A stretch of 62,706 nt of DNA, counting the filler, from Rhabdomonas costata (Eukaryota), in assembly GCA_019059605.1 (NCBI GenBank). It is 21 parts of 21 records of this genome, joined end to end, with 100 filler letters (N's around TTAATTAATTAA, not from the genome) between each part and the next. Parts side by side here need not be neighbours in the genome. Positions count along the whole stretch, not along the records: positions 59,822 to 62,706 come from JAHMHO010001824.1; 20 more parts are not named here. One strand, 5' to 3'. The notes below the pieces were generated by a model. That model was not told the DNA's origin and searched no databases. It worked only from the letters and a program-made list of their open reading frames with translations. Of the stretch, positions 62,665-62,706 are shown in pieces. Each line of letters begins with the position of its first letter. Within the stretch, counting starts at the first letter, position 1. A program made the position numbers and the translations under genes.

Positions 62665-62706
62665 GTATTATGTTTTTTTTCAGCCACTCATTCACCCTCG
62701 AAGCCA

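Noticed and set aside
1-62706. Alternative genetic code, or functional clustering of neighbouring genes
   Set aside because: Confident exons have no in-frame stops and both TAA and TGA end genes. Adjacency across linkers carries no biological meaning.

Overview
This window is not a continuous locus. It is 21 short eukaryotic contigs (about 2.9-3.0 kb each) joined by artificial 100-nt linkers (N-run + TTAATTAATTAA + N-run). Contig ends are G/T-only at the 5' side and A/C-only at the 3' side, and five contigs start with fold-back repeats, which points to whole-genome-amplified, probably single-cell, DNA. The source is an intron-dense protist: exons mostly 50-320 nt, GT-AG plus some GC-AG introns, very degenerate donors. 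The ORF track therefore mostly shows fragments. I spliced exons by hand and checked phase. Recognisable genes: Mrp/NBP35 ATPase, histidine-kinase HATPase domain, a large mostly intron-free AbpF/alpha-2-macroglobulin-like protein, a divergent BBS-type chaperonin, a REJ-like protein, an LRR surface protein, STE24 protease, a complete 5-exon gene for a prokaryote-type retropepsin-like protein (DDG instead of DTG) fused to a Cys/His module, a bacterial-adhesin-type cadherin-like domain, a GT48 beta-1,3-glucan synthase, a SMYD SET/TPR protein, a YTHNPY-motif protein, a cysteine-free thioredoxin, and two tandem S28 peptidases. The YTHNPY motif, the LRR type, GT48 and AG acceptors just before start codons suggest a non-kinetoplastid euglenozoan (inference). 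All family calls come from motif recognition, not database searches. I found no rRNA, tRNA, CRISPR array or intact mobile element.
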